In this document: positions 55,910 through 64,000 of the stretch, piece after piece
Position numbering within the stretch: position 1 is the stretch's first letter
Layout: each line of letters starts with the position of its first letter
Assembly (NCBI GenBank): GCA_963934155.1
Contig: CAWVXI010000001.1
Span: forward strand, 52,174 to 116,173
Length of the DNA stretch: 64,000 nucleotides
Direction of reading: 5' to 3'
Source of the DNA: an uncultured Verrucomicrobiales bacterium
GTDB lineage: Bacteria > Verrucomicrobiota > Verrucomicrobiia > Verrucomicrobiales > Akkermansiaceae
Notes under the pieces: generated by a model
The model's input: only the letters and a program-made list of their open reading frames with translations
What the model was told of the DNA's origin: nothing
Databases searched by the model: none
Made by a program: the position numbers and the translations under genes

Positions 55910-57895
55910 TTAATCTTCGTCGTCGGCTTTCTTTTTCTTCATTCTCCTGCGTTTCTTTTCTTCATCTTTAACAGCATCGTCTTGAACTTCTTTTGCGTCC
56001 TCTTCTTTTTTCTTTTTCTCTTTCGCTTCTTTTTCTGAGCGGCGTTCCTCTGTTTTAAGAGCAATTGCTGCTTTGTGCGCGCCTTGGGTGTCAGGATAAA
56101 GTTTTGTGAGCTGTAATAAGAACTTACCTCTAATCGAAGCACGTAGATTCATCGCCCATTCATAGTATTCTTCAGCTTCGTTCTCGCGCAGTTTGTTCTC
56201 AGTGCGCTCCCAGTTTCTGTTTTCTGTGAGATCATTACGCAGCTTAACGAGTTGAACACGAGTGGGTTCGTAGGCGTAGTGTCTTTCTAGGAGGCTTAGA
56301 TATTTATCTGACTGATTAGTCACTCCAGCGCGGATACTTTGTTCAGCTTGCTTGAGTGTGCTTTGGTAATTTCTCTGATGCAGGGTGTAGATCTCAGATT
56401 TGGCTCTCTCCGCATCTTTCTTCATGATCCAGCCCATTTCCCGGTTTCCTTGAATGAGTAGGTTTCGCTTCTTGGCGTTGAGGATGATGATGGTTTCGAT
56501 TAAGGCGAGGTTATTGAGCCCGAGCACTTTGTCACCATCCCATCCACCTCCGCGCGGTTCTTCAAAGTTGTAGGGGGCTATTTTAGGATGCACATAGTGG
56601 ATGAGGTCGTTGTCCTCCCAAGCTACAGTGAGTCGCCATTTAATGTATTTCAGGTATTCATCGTATCCTTTAGGGCTTCCGTGTGCGAGACAGAGCGCAG
56701 AGAAAATAGTACCCTGTGATGGCGTGGCGTGGATGTAGCGGAAGGATTTATAATTATTTTCTAGCATCTGGATAATGTTTTCCCCCACCTGTGGCTCCCA
56801 GCGAGAAAGCCCCAGTGAGAGACCAAAGGCCGATGTTCTGAATGCAGAATTACTGATGCCTCCCTTGTAGGCACTGCCGCCGTAGTTTATGTTGTTAGAG
56901 TTCAGTCGAGATGGTGAGCCGAGGATGCGATCAAAGCTCTTGTTTCTGCTTTCATTATCGATGGCTACGAGGCACTGGGCACAGGCTGACCAGGCTAGCT
57001 GGCAGAGTACGCTGGATGCGCCGAAGTTGTCGCTATCATAGGTTCCTGATGTGTATTTGTGACCAGTCCCACCTGTGGGGCCGACACATTTTGTGAGTTC
57101 AAGGGAGAGTTCTTCCAGTTTGCGATAAGCTTGCATATCGCCTGTGGCCCAAAAGTATTCTGAGAGGAAGATGGTGTTCATCGCCAGTCCCCAGGTCCAA
57201 GTGTAATCTTTGATATCGATACATGCTTTGGCACATTTTCTTATTTCTGTCAGGTGCTTCGGATCGCCAGTGCTGAGTAATGCTAGTCCTGCTTGGCAGC
57301 TTAAGTATTGGCTGCCGGCTCCGTTTTTCCAGACTCCTGCTCGAGATTGATTGTCCTTGAGGAGTTTCAGCACCCGGGATTGGAGCTCCTTCGCTTTTTC
57401 ACCAGTTAGACCATGAGAAGTCTCGAAGCTACCTCGGTTTTTCTTGAGTTTGATAGTGATTGGCATCGTTTCACCATCGCGGATGATTTCTAACTCTAGC
57501 TTCATGTTGCCTCCCTCCGCTTCATCCAGTTGATGACCGAAGATGACAATCGGTCCTTCATCCTGAGTGCTGTCAATGGTACCTAGCTTCTTACCATTTA
57601 CAGAAATGATCTGGTCCCATTGTTTGAGTCCGCTTTGTCTAGCAGATCCAGATTGATGAGTTTGATAGATAAATAAGCCGGGCTGATATTTCATTGAGAA
57701 TGCATGACCACCTAACTGACCGAGTGGAGAGAATAACACATCACCTCTGAAAATGAGTCTGAGACTGAGATCAATATCGATCTCATATTTATGCACCACT
57801 TCTATGATTGCAGCTTCTGGGTCGAACTGTTCAACCTCTTTGGCGAAGCTGAGATTAGAGAAAAGAGTAAGAAGAGCGAGGGCGCTTAATTTCAT
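55910..57895 (-). CDS. Secreted protein with a PDZ-like segment, an alpha/alpha-toroid-like region and a Lys/Glu-rich tail
   Basis: It has a signal peptide. GLKQWDQIISVNGKKLG is PDZ-like. The long helical-repeat part is followed by a C-terminal EKEAKEKKKKEEDAKE... tail. The domain calls are tentative. Confidence 0.55.
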   Translation of the reverse strand: MKLSALALLTLFSNLSFAKEVEQFDPEAAIIEVVHKYEIDIDLSLRLIFRGDVLFSPLGQLGGHAFSMKYQPGLFIYQTHQSGSARQSGLKQWDQIISVNGKKLGTIDSTQDEGPIVIFGHQLDEAEGGNMKLELEIIRDGETMPITIKLKKNRGSFETSHGLTGEKAKELQSRVLKLLKDNQSRAGVWKNGAGSQYLSCQAGLALLSTGDPKHLTEIRKCAKACIDIKDYTWTWGLAMNTIFLSEYFWATGDMQAYRKLEELSLELTKCVGPTGGTGHKYTSGTYDSDNFGASSVLCQLAWSACAQCLVAIDNESRNKSFDRILGSPSRLNSNNINYGGSAYKGGISNSAFRTSAFGLSLGLSRWEPQVGENIIQMLENNYKSFRYIHATPSQGTIFSALCLAHGSPKGYDEYLKYIKWRLTVAWEDNDLIHYVHPKIAPYNFEEPRGGGWDGDKVLGLNNLALIETIIILNAKKRNLLIQGNREMGWIMKKDAERAKSEIYTLHQRNYQSTLKQAEQSIRAGVTNQSDKYLSLLERHYAYEPTRVQLVKLRNDLTENRNWERTENKLRENEAEEYYEWAMNLRASIRGKFLLQLTKLYPDTQGAHKAAIALKTEERRSEKEAKEKKKKEEDAKEVQDDAVKDEEKKRRRMKKKKADDED

Positions 57896-57901
57896 AGTCA
57901 G

Positions 57902-58945
57902 TTAGTTGAGTGAGATGTATCTGTCTTGTTTCTTAACGATGCGGCCGATTTCAACTGCACATAAGGTATTGTGTGCTTTAAGAACCTCTAACACAGCGGA
58001 GACATTTTTCTGAGGTACTGAGATGAGTAGCCCGCCAGATGTCTGGGCGTCAGCTAAGAGAAGCTGCATTTCAAGGGAGGTGCCATTTACCTGAACATGC
58101 GGTAGCACGGTGGATAAGTTCTTTTTGGTGCCTCCTGGGACGATGTCATTCGCAATCAGCGCGTGGACGTCATCAGAAATGGCAGGGATACTCGCGCAGT
58201 CTAGTTCGGCGGTGACTCCTGAACTAGCACAGATTTCCTTGAGATGACCGAGCAGTCCGAATCCTGTGACATCGGTACAGGCATTGATGAGATCTTGCTC
58301 AGCCAGGTCAGCACCAGGGGTATTGAGGGTGACCATCGATTTTACGGCTATATCGTTTAGCTCTTCGCTGCATTTACCTTGCTTGATAGCGGTTGAAATA
58401 ATGCCAGTTCCAAGTGGTTTCGTCAGGATCAGAACATCGCCAGCCTTTGCATGTGCATTTGCTGTGTAGCGATCTGGATGGACAAGGCCTGTAACAGATA
58501 GCCCATAGATAGGCTCAGGGTTTTTAATCGTGTGGCCACCCACAAGCGAACAGCCTGCTAGCTTTACCATATCGGCACCGCCTCGGAATATAGCTTGTAT
58601 TTCAGCGGTATTAAGAATGGTGTCTGGCATACCTGCTATTGCCATCGCTGTGATCGGTCTGCCACCCATAGCATAGACATCCGACAGCGAGTTCGCAGCG
58701 GCTATTTGGCCAAACAGATATGCATCATCGCATATGGGGGTGAAGAAATCGAGCGTCTGCACCAGTGCAGTTTCAGCGTTCAGTAGGTAGACGCCAGCGT
58801 CATCAGCGGTAGCTGACCCTACAAGTAAATTAGGGTCATTTGACTGTGGTAAATCCCGCAAAACTTGCGAGAGAGATTCAGGATCTAGCTTAGATGCTCA
58901 ACCGCCACAGGCGACGAGTGATGTGAGTTTGGTTGGTTCTGGCAT
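57902..58945 (-). CDS. selD: Selenide, water dikinase (selenophosphate synthetase) with an in-frame UGA (probable selenocysteine) at codon 16
   Basis: The ORF-track piece 57902-58861 is clearly SelD (AIR-synthase fold; DDAGVY, GGHT). Reading upstream in the same frame gives the ATG at 58945 and MPEPTKLTSLVACGG-TGA-ASKLDPESLSQVL. The TGA at 58900-58898 sits exactly where SelD proteins carry the catalytic Cys/Sec. Confidence 0.75.
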
Positions 58946-59075
58946 GCTTATAATAGTGAAGTTTAGTTAATTCTTTTCTCTACGGTGATTTTTACATTAA
59001 TTTATCTTTAAACCAATGATTATTTTCAACTTGTAGAGATCCACGCATCATGTATTATTTAGTGATTAACCTATT

Positions 59076-59957
59076 ATGTATGATTTAGAGATTATCGAAT
59101 GTAAACCTTCAAAGTGGTTCAAAACCCGCGCTATTGCAGTGGGTCTCATGTTGACATTTTTTTCATTATGGTTCTTCAAGGATGGATACTGGAGCTACCG
59201 TGAAAAAAATGCTGAAGTTGTGATCAAGCAAGTTTTCTTGGGTGAAAATGAAGATCCTGCTAAAAAAGTGGATTTTGCTGTGAAAGCGGCCGATGAGTTT
59301 AATAAGAAGGAATACACCCCAGAAACTTGGGCTGCTTTTGCTAAGGAACAGTTAGTTAGTGTGCCTGAGAACAAAAACATCTTGCCGCGAGATCATGACT
59401 ATGGAGCTAAATGGCCGGAGGAAATAGTCAATGGCTACGAAGCATTGAAAATGGGAGAACAGAAGGATATGCACGGCATGTGGAGTAAATACACGAGTCG
59501 AACTGGGTTACCTATTGAGCCGAATGAGGAAATTTTTGATGAAGATACAATAGAGAACCAATTTATTACTTGTGGAGTCTGTGTGGCAATACTCTTGGTG
59601 GCTGTTTTCTTCAGTATCAGAGTCATGAGGCGTAGTATGAAAGTGACTGCCACAGGCTACTCACCAGCAGGAGGTTATGAGATCCCCTTCACTTCTATGC
59701 GTAAGATAGATAAAAGAAAATGGGACACGAAAGGTTTAGCCGTGATCCATTACGAAGAAGATGGTGTGACTATAAAGACTAAAGTGGATGGAATGGTTTA
59801 CGGCCAGTTTAGAGAAGAAGATGGAGCGCCAGCGGAGGCTTTGTTCACACAAATCATGGAGAATTTTAAGGGTGAAGTGATCGAATTTGTCAGTGATGAC
59901 GTTGATGATGAGGAGGCCGAACAAGCCGAGGAAGAAACAAAAAAAGAAAGTATCTAG
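59076..59957 (+). CDS. Membrane protein, hypothetical, with an acidic C-terminus
   Basis: The ORF is 293 aa and has two TM helices. Confidence 0.5.
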   Translation: MYDLEIIECKPSKWFKTRAIAVGLMLTFFSLWFFKDGYWSYREKNAEVVIKQVFLGENEDPAKKVDFAVKAADEFNKKEYTPETWAAFAKEQLVSVPENKNILPRDHDYGAKWPEEIVNGYEALKMGEQKDMHGMWSKYTSRTGLPIEPNEEIFDEDTIENQFITCGVCVAILLVAVFFSIRVMRRSMKVTATGYSPAGGYEIPFTSMRKIDKRKWDTKGLAVIHYEEDGVTIKTKVDGMVYGQFREEDGAPAEALFTQIMENFKGEVIEFVSDDVDDEEAEQAEEETKKESI

Positions 59958-60059
59958 GGTCTGAGATGATTTACAAAATTCGTAGTTGCCAAACCATCGT
60001 GACAGTAGTAAAAATCTACATCCGTTAGAGAAATAACGTAAATAAAACATACACATATA

Positions 60060-60296
60060 ATGTCTGAATCAATCGAACAAAAAGTTAAAGAAATCATCGT
60101 TGAGCAACTCAATGTAACTCCAGACCAGGTTAAGAACGAAGCAAAATTCATCGACGACCTCGGTGCTGATTCACTTGATACAGTCGAATTAGTCATGGCT
60201 TTCGAAGAAGAGTTTGGCATCGAAGTGCCTGACGAAGAAGCTGAGAAACTCATGTGCGTGAACGACATCGTCACTTATATTAAGAAAGTTTCATAA
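60060..60296 (+). CDS. acpP: Acyl carrier protein
   Basis: [21 protein letters not shown] carries the phosphopantetheine-attachment Ser. The protein is 78 aa. Confidence 0.9.
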   Translation: MSESIEQKVKEIIVEQLNVTPDQVKNEAKFIDDLGADSLDTVELVMAFEEEFGIEVPDEEAEKLMCVNDIVTYIKKVS

Positions 60297-60323
60297 TTAA
60301 GAATAATACCCAAGACTTTATCG

Positions 60324-60356
60324 AAGGTGGCTCATTTAGGTGATGCCACCTTTTTT
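60324..60356 (+). terminator. Rho-independent terminator after acpP
   Basis: AAGGTGGC (60324-60331) pairs with GCCACCTT (60345-60352). A T-run follows. Confidence 0.7.
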
Positions 60357-60377
60357 GATACAGAAGTTAGATCTTTT

Positions 60378-60902
60378 ATGCCTGATAAAGTAGACATACA
60401 ATACGCGATGGAGCATACCCATGTTCTGCGTGAGCCCGACAGGAGGATAGACACCTTTGGTAGCTCTAGATTTCATTTTATCATTCTTTCGGAGATGATG
60501 GATGAGGTGGGGAAAGTCATCGTCAGACGGGGGACTGTAGAAGCCTATAAACCACAAATCATCAAACCTAAGCACTATTCATCTGTTGAGCTAGAAGGTT
60601 TTGATGATAAGGCGCGCGATTTTTTAGATTGGCTTAAAGAGAATAATATTGAGCCAGTTTACTTTCAGTATGGCTTTAACTTTAGACGTACAGAAGTGAG
60701 TTCAGAAATGATCACTGGTGCCTATGAGACAGTGAAAGCGCAAATTTTGGATAAAGTACACACAGATGATGATCCCATGATGGCTGTCATGGAAGCAATT
60801 GAAGATACTTGGGAGATTGGTTTGCTGAAATTTTCGGTTGATATGATCCAGAAATCTCAGGGAATTAATCAATTTGATTTTAAACGTAAAGGGTTAATTT
60901 AG
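60378..60902 (+). CDS. Conserved hypothetical protein
   Basis: The ORF-track start at 60327 lies inside the acpP terminator hairpin. The first ATG is at 60378 (MPDKVDIQYAMEH). Confidence 0.5.
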   Translation: MPDKVDIQYAMEHTHVLREPDRRIDTFGSSRFHFIILSEMMDEVGKVIVRRGTVEAYKPQIIKPKHYSSVELEGFDDKARDFLDWLKENNIEPVYFQYGFNFRRTEVSSEMITGAYETVKAQILDKVHTDDDPMMAVMEAIEDTWEIGLLKFSVDMIQKSQGINQFDFKRKGLI

Positions 60903-60905
60903 AGA

Positions 60906-61838
60906 ATGAGACTTCATACTCTGATCAGATTAATTGCAGCTATCATCGTTCTCACCGTGGTAGTGATCACACTTTTTGTCATTTCTAAATACTTCGGCCT
61001 CACTGATGACTCAATACCTTCTAATATCGTAGGAGCAGATGGGATTAATAAACTGGTCTCGAAAAAGCCCACTAAAGATGATCTCGTAGTGATCGACTCT
61101 GTGAGAAGAAAGCTGAATAGTAAGAACACTCCTGAAATCGTATTGGGAAATCCTGCATTTGAGATAGCTCGCGCCATGCTCAAACAAGGGGAGTATGATG
61201 ACGCGCGATTCAAGCTAGAGGAAATTATAGTTAAGTATCCCGATACTCCAGCTGAAAGAGAGGCCTTTCGAGTGCTTGGCGAGATGAGGCTAGATGACCT
61301 GTTTGAGCATAGGCCAGACGATAGTAAATTTATCTACAACGTAAAGCGCAACGATAGCTATCTTAAAATAGTAGGGGAGTTTAATACCAATTTAGATATT
61401 CTCATGTATCTCAACGGGCTGACTAGGATCGATCGTCTCCGGCCTGAGGACAAGCTTGTGATTATGCCCCTAGAACTTTCTTTAAGGATCATTCCCCGTC
61501 TGAACCAGCTCTTTTTAGTCGATGAGAGTGGCGATGTGATCAAATTTTACGAACCCGTAGTGGATATGGCGATGCCTAAAAAGAGCAGTGAATCAGATAA
61601 GGTCACTACATCTATAGAAAGTATCAGAGCTTATAAGGGGAAGGTTAGAGTGAGTATTACTCGTGGAGACTATCGTGAAGCGTCCAAAAGAATCCAAATT
61701 CTTAATCCAAATATAGAAATTATCAGTGAGGATATTGAGGTAGATAAAAGCTTCCGAGGCATCATCCTTACTAAGGCCGACATGGAAGAGCTCGCGCTAC
61801 TTCTTAGAAGATCAAATACTGTTGAGATTCGTTATTAA
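60906..61838 (+). CDS. LysM-domain membrane-anchored protein
   Basis: It has an N-terminal TM helix. YNVKRNDSYLKIVGEFNTNLDILMYLNGL is LysM-like. Confidence 0.6.
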   Translation: MRLHTLIRLIAAIIVLTVVVITLFVISKYFGLTDDSIPSNIVGADGINKLVSKKPTKDDLVVIDSVRRKLNSKNTPEIVLGNPAFEIARAMLKQGEYDDARFKLEEIIVKYPDTPAEREAFRVLGEMRLDDLFEHRPDDSKFIYNVKRNDSYLKIVGEFNTNLDILMYLNGLTRIDRLRPEDKLVIMPLELSLRIIPRLNQLFLVDESGDVIKFYEPVVDMAMPKKSSESDKVTTSIESIRAYKGKVRVSITRGDYREASKRIQILNPNIEIISEDIEVDKSFRGIILTKADMEELALLLRRSNTVEIRY

Positions 61839-61878
61839 AACCATTGCGCTACCTTAAAAATCGTTGCAAAATACCACT

Positions 61879-62847
61879 ATGAGCATGAAACCGTTAGAGT
61901 TTGAAAAGCCAATCGCCGATCTTGAGAGCGAAATCCTCAAGCTGAAAACCCAATCAGACACGCAGGATATCGACCTCAGTACTGAGATCTCGTCTATGGA
62001 GCAAAAGCTCACTAACCTGAAAAGTGTGATCTATGATAACCTTACCCCATGGCAGCGAGTTCAGATCGCAAGACATCCTAATCGTCCATTTATGCTAGAT
62101 TATTTAGCTTATGGGTTCACAGATTTCGTAGAGCTCCATGGCGATCGCCATATCGGGGATGACCGCGCTATGCCAGGAGGATTTGCCAAAATTGGTGGTC
62201 AGAAAGTAGTCGTTATTGGTCATCAGAAAGGACGCGATACTAAGGAAAATTTACTCAGAAACTTCGGTAGCGCACATCCTGAAGGCTATAGAAAGGCACT
62301 CAGACTCATGAGGCTAGCAGAGCGTTTCAAGCTCCCTGTTGTGTGCATGATCGACACCCCAGGGGCATTCCCTGGGATTGGCGCTGAAGAGAGAAATATT
62401 GCCGAAGCCATCGCATTCAACCTCAAAGAAATGATGAACCTCAAGACTCCGGTTATCGCTTGTGTTCTAGGGGAAGGTGGATCAGGTGGAGCACTTGGTA
62501 TCGGAGTGGCAGACCGCGTCATGATGATGGAAAATGCTTATTATTCAGTCATTAGCCCAGAAGGTTGTGCCGCGATTCTCTGGAAGCACAGACAGCATGC
62601 ACCAGAAGCTGCTGAAGCGATGAAGATAGCAGCGCCAGATCTGGGTAAACTAAACCTTATTGATGAAGTCATTCCCGAACCAAGAGGAGGCGCTCACCAC
62701 GATCATGTGAAATCTGCTACCAATTTCCGCGATGCCGTTCTCGCGCAGATCAAGCAAGTCCAATCTCTCTCTACTGAAGATATGCTAGACCAGCGCTACC
62801 AGAAATTCAGAAAATTCGGTGAATGGAATGGCGATGCGATAGCTTAG
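61879..62847 (+). CDS. accA: Acetyl-CoA carboxylase carboxyltransferase subunit alpha
   Basis: LEFEKPIADLE, ARHPNRP, IDTPGAFPGIGAEERN and GEGGSGGALG motifs are present. The start is at the ATG at 61879. Confidence 0.85.
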   Translation: MSMKPLEFEKPIADLESEILKLKTQSDTQDIDLSTEISSMEQKLTNLKSVIYDNLTPWQRVQIARHPNRPFMLDYLAYGFTDFVELHGDRHIGDDRAMPGGFAKIGGQKVVVIGHQKGRDTKENLLRNFGSAHPEGYRKALRLMRLAERFKLPVVCMIDTPGAFPGIGAEERNIAEAIAFNLKEMMNLKTPVIACVLGEGGSGGALGIGVADRVMMMENAYYSVISPEGCAAILWKHRQHAPEAAEAMKIAAPDLGKLNLIDEVIPEPRGGAHHDHVKSATNFRDAVLAQIKQVQSLSTEDMLDQRYQKFRKFGEWNGDAIA

Positions 62848-62907
62848 TCCACAAGCATCTGAAAATTACAAATCCCACCTAGTTCTAGAGAACTAAGAGT
62901 AAGGTGG

Positions 62908-64000
62908 CTAAAATAAATCCATCTGCGGTGAATCCGCATTTGGCATCGTTTGTCTCGTGTTCTTAGGCTTCGGCTTGTCTTTTGCTTCTGGTTTGGATGA
63001 ATTCATCTCCAAGTGTGAAAGAATATCTTTAGCCCTATTCACGATACTCGGTGGAAGACCCGCGAGCTTGGCAACCTGGATTCCGTATGACTTATCGGCC
63101 GTCCCAGGTAGAATTTTTCTTAGGAAAATAATATCATCATTCCACTCTCTTACCGCCACATTATAGTTCGCCACGGCCTTGCGCGTATTGGCAAGATCCG
63201 TAAGCTCGTGATAGTGCGTAGCGAAAAGTGTCCGGGCTTTAATCTCATCATGTAGGTGCTCAGCCACTGACCAGGCTATCGATAAGCCATCAAATGTCGC
63301 CGTCCCTCTGCCTATCTCATCTAGGATCACTAGTGAGCGTTCTGTTGCATTGTTAATGATTAGTGAAGTCTCATTCATTTCCACCATAAATGTGGACTGT
63401 CCACGAGCAAGATCATCACTCGCACCCACTCGACAGAATATCCGATCTGTTAGACCAATATGCGCCGTCTCCGCAGGCACATAAGCACCGATCTGAGCCA
63501 TCAAAGTGATCAGTGCCACTTGACGAATATAGGTAGATTTACCTGCCATGTTAGGACCTGTCAGAATGAGTAGGTTAGAGTCTTCTGGGGCTAAGAAGGT
63601 ATCATTAGGTACAAATTTTTCATCCACAAGAGTCTGCTCTAGCACTGGATGCCTACCTTCAATGATCTGCAAGTGTGTGGACTCATCAAGCATCGGTCGC
63701 GTGTGCCCATGCAGCTGCGCCGTCTCCGCTAGTCCGAGTAAAACATCGAGCGTAGCCAGTGCATCCGCCGTCGATTGTAAGTCATCGATATGCTCACACA
63801 TCTGGTTGCGGAGCTTTGTGAATTCCTCTAGCTCCAGCTGCTTAGAACGCTCCTCAGCTCCCAGCACCTTATTCTCCACTTCTTTTAACTCAGGGGTGAT
63901 AAAGCGTTCGGCATTTGCCATCGTTTGCTTGCGCGTGTAGTCATCTGGCACTTTATCAGCTTTGGATTTAGTGATCTCGATGAAGTAACCAAAAACATTG
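62908..64000 (-). CDS. mutS: DNA mismatch repair protein MutS, C-terminal part (runs off the window)
   Basis: It has the Walker A motif [13 protein letters not shown], plus STFMVEM, DEIGRGT and THYHEL. The frame stays open upstream of 63951 (..[19 protein letters not shown]) to the window edge. Confidence 0.85.
   Translation of the reverse strand, partial: NVFGYFIEITKSKADKVPDDYTRKQTMANAERFITPELKEVENKVLGAEERSKQLELEEFTKLRNQMCEHIDDLQSTADALATLDVLLGLAETAQLHGHTRPMLDESTHLQIIEGRHPVLEQTLVDEKFVPNDTFLAPEDSNLLILTGPNMAGKSTYIRQVALITLMAQIGAYVPAETAHIGLTDRIFCRVGASDDLARGQSTFMVEMNETSLIINNATERSLVILDEIGRGTATFDGLSIAWSVAEHLHDEIKARTLFATHYHELTDLANTRKAVANYNVAVREWNDDIIFLRKILPGTADKSYGIQVAKLAGLPPSIVNRAKDILSHLEMNSSKPEAKDKPKPKNTRQTMPNADSPQMDLF

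Noticed and set aside
1-64000. I looked through all intergenic gaps longer than 100 nt for tRNA, rRNA, tmRNA or riboswitch-like sequences and for CRISPR arrays.
   Set aside because: By eye I found no cloverleaf-compatible sequence, no rRNA-like stretch and no repeat-spacer array. A tRNAscan/Infernal run would be needed for a definitive negative.

Overview
The window is 64 kb of bacterial chromosome. It looks like a member of the PVC superphylum, probably Verrucomicrobiota-like. The hallmarks are a DUF1501/DUF1592 (PSCyt) gene pair, a PEP-CTERM-anchored protease, a sulfatase, an ECF sigma factor next to a Ser/Thr kinase with an FGE-like domain, and a Lys/Ala-rich histone-H1-like protein. This taxonomic call is inference only.

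Most of the window is densely packed housekeeping genes: cstA, pyrF, recF, lepB, apaG, a xerC/D-type recombinase, nagZ, mdh, ribF, selD, acpP, accA and a partial mutS. I found no rRNA, tRNA or CRISPR array.

Features that stand out:
1. An AT-rich accessory stretch at about 40.6-47.9 kb. Four consecutive intergenic gaps are filled by a two-flavour repeat family built from IS110-family (DEDD) transposase remnants. All copies share a 94-nt structured module. Each copy ends 8-24 nt upstream of the next ORF's ATG, so the layout resembles a cassette array. The type-1 copies keep a leader of about 170 nt that is a bridge-RNA candidate.
2. A 66-nt perfect (about 75-nt near-perfect) inverted-repeat pair, 12 kb apart, at 42047-42121 and 54112-54187.
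3. A tightly spaced same-strand cluster of seven genes at 30830-40554: MoxR AAA+, a large membrane protein, an ABC ATPase, a polytopic permease, DUF58 and two unknown lipoproteins. CTTAAAAC-type tandem motifs sit just 5' of two of the start codons.
4. selD carries an in-frame TGA at the catalytic position, so it is probably a selenocysteine-containing SelD.
5. Three clear gene relics: pckA, a 2-Cys peroxiredoxin, and the tail of an RND pump.
6. A bacterial SET-domain protein lies in the same window as the H1-like protein.

Everything here comes from reading the sequence and the ORF track by eye. No database search was run.
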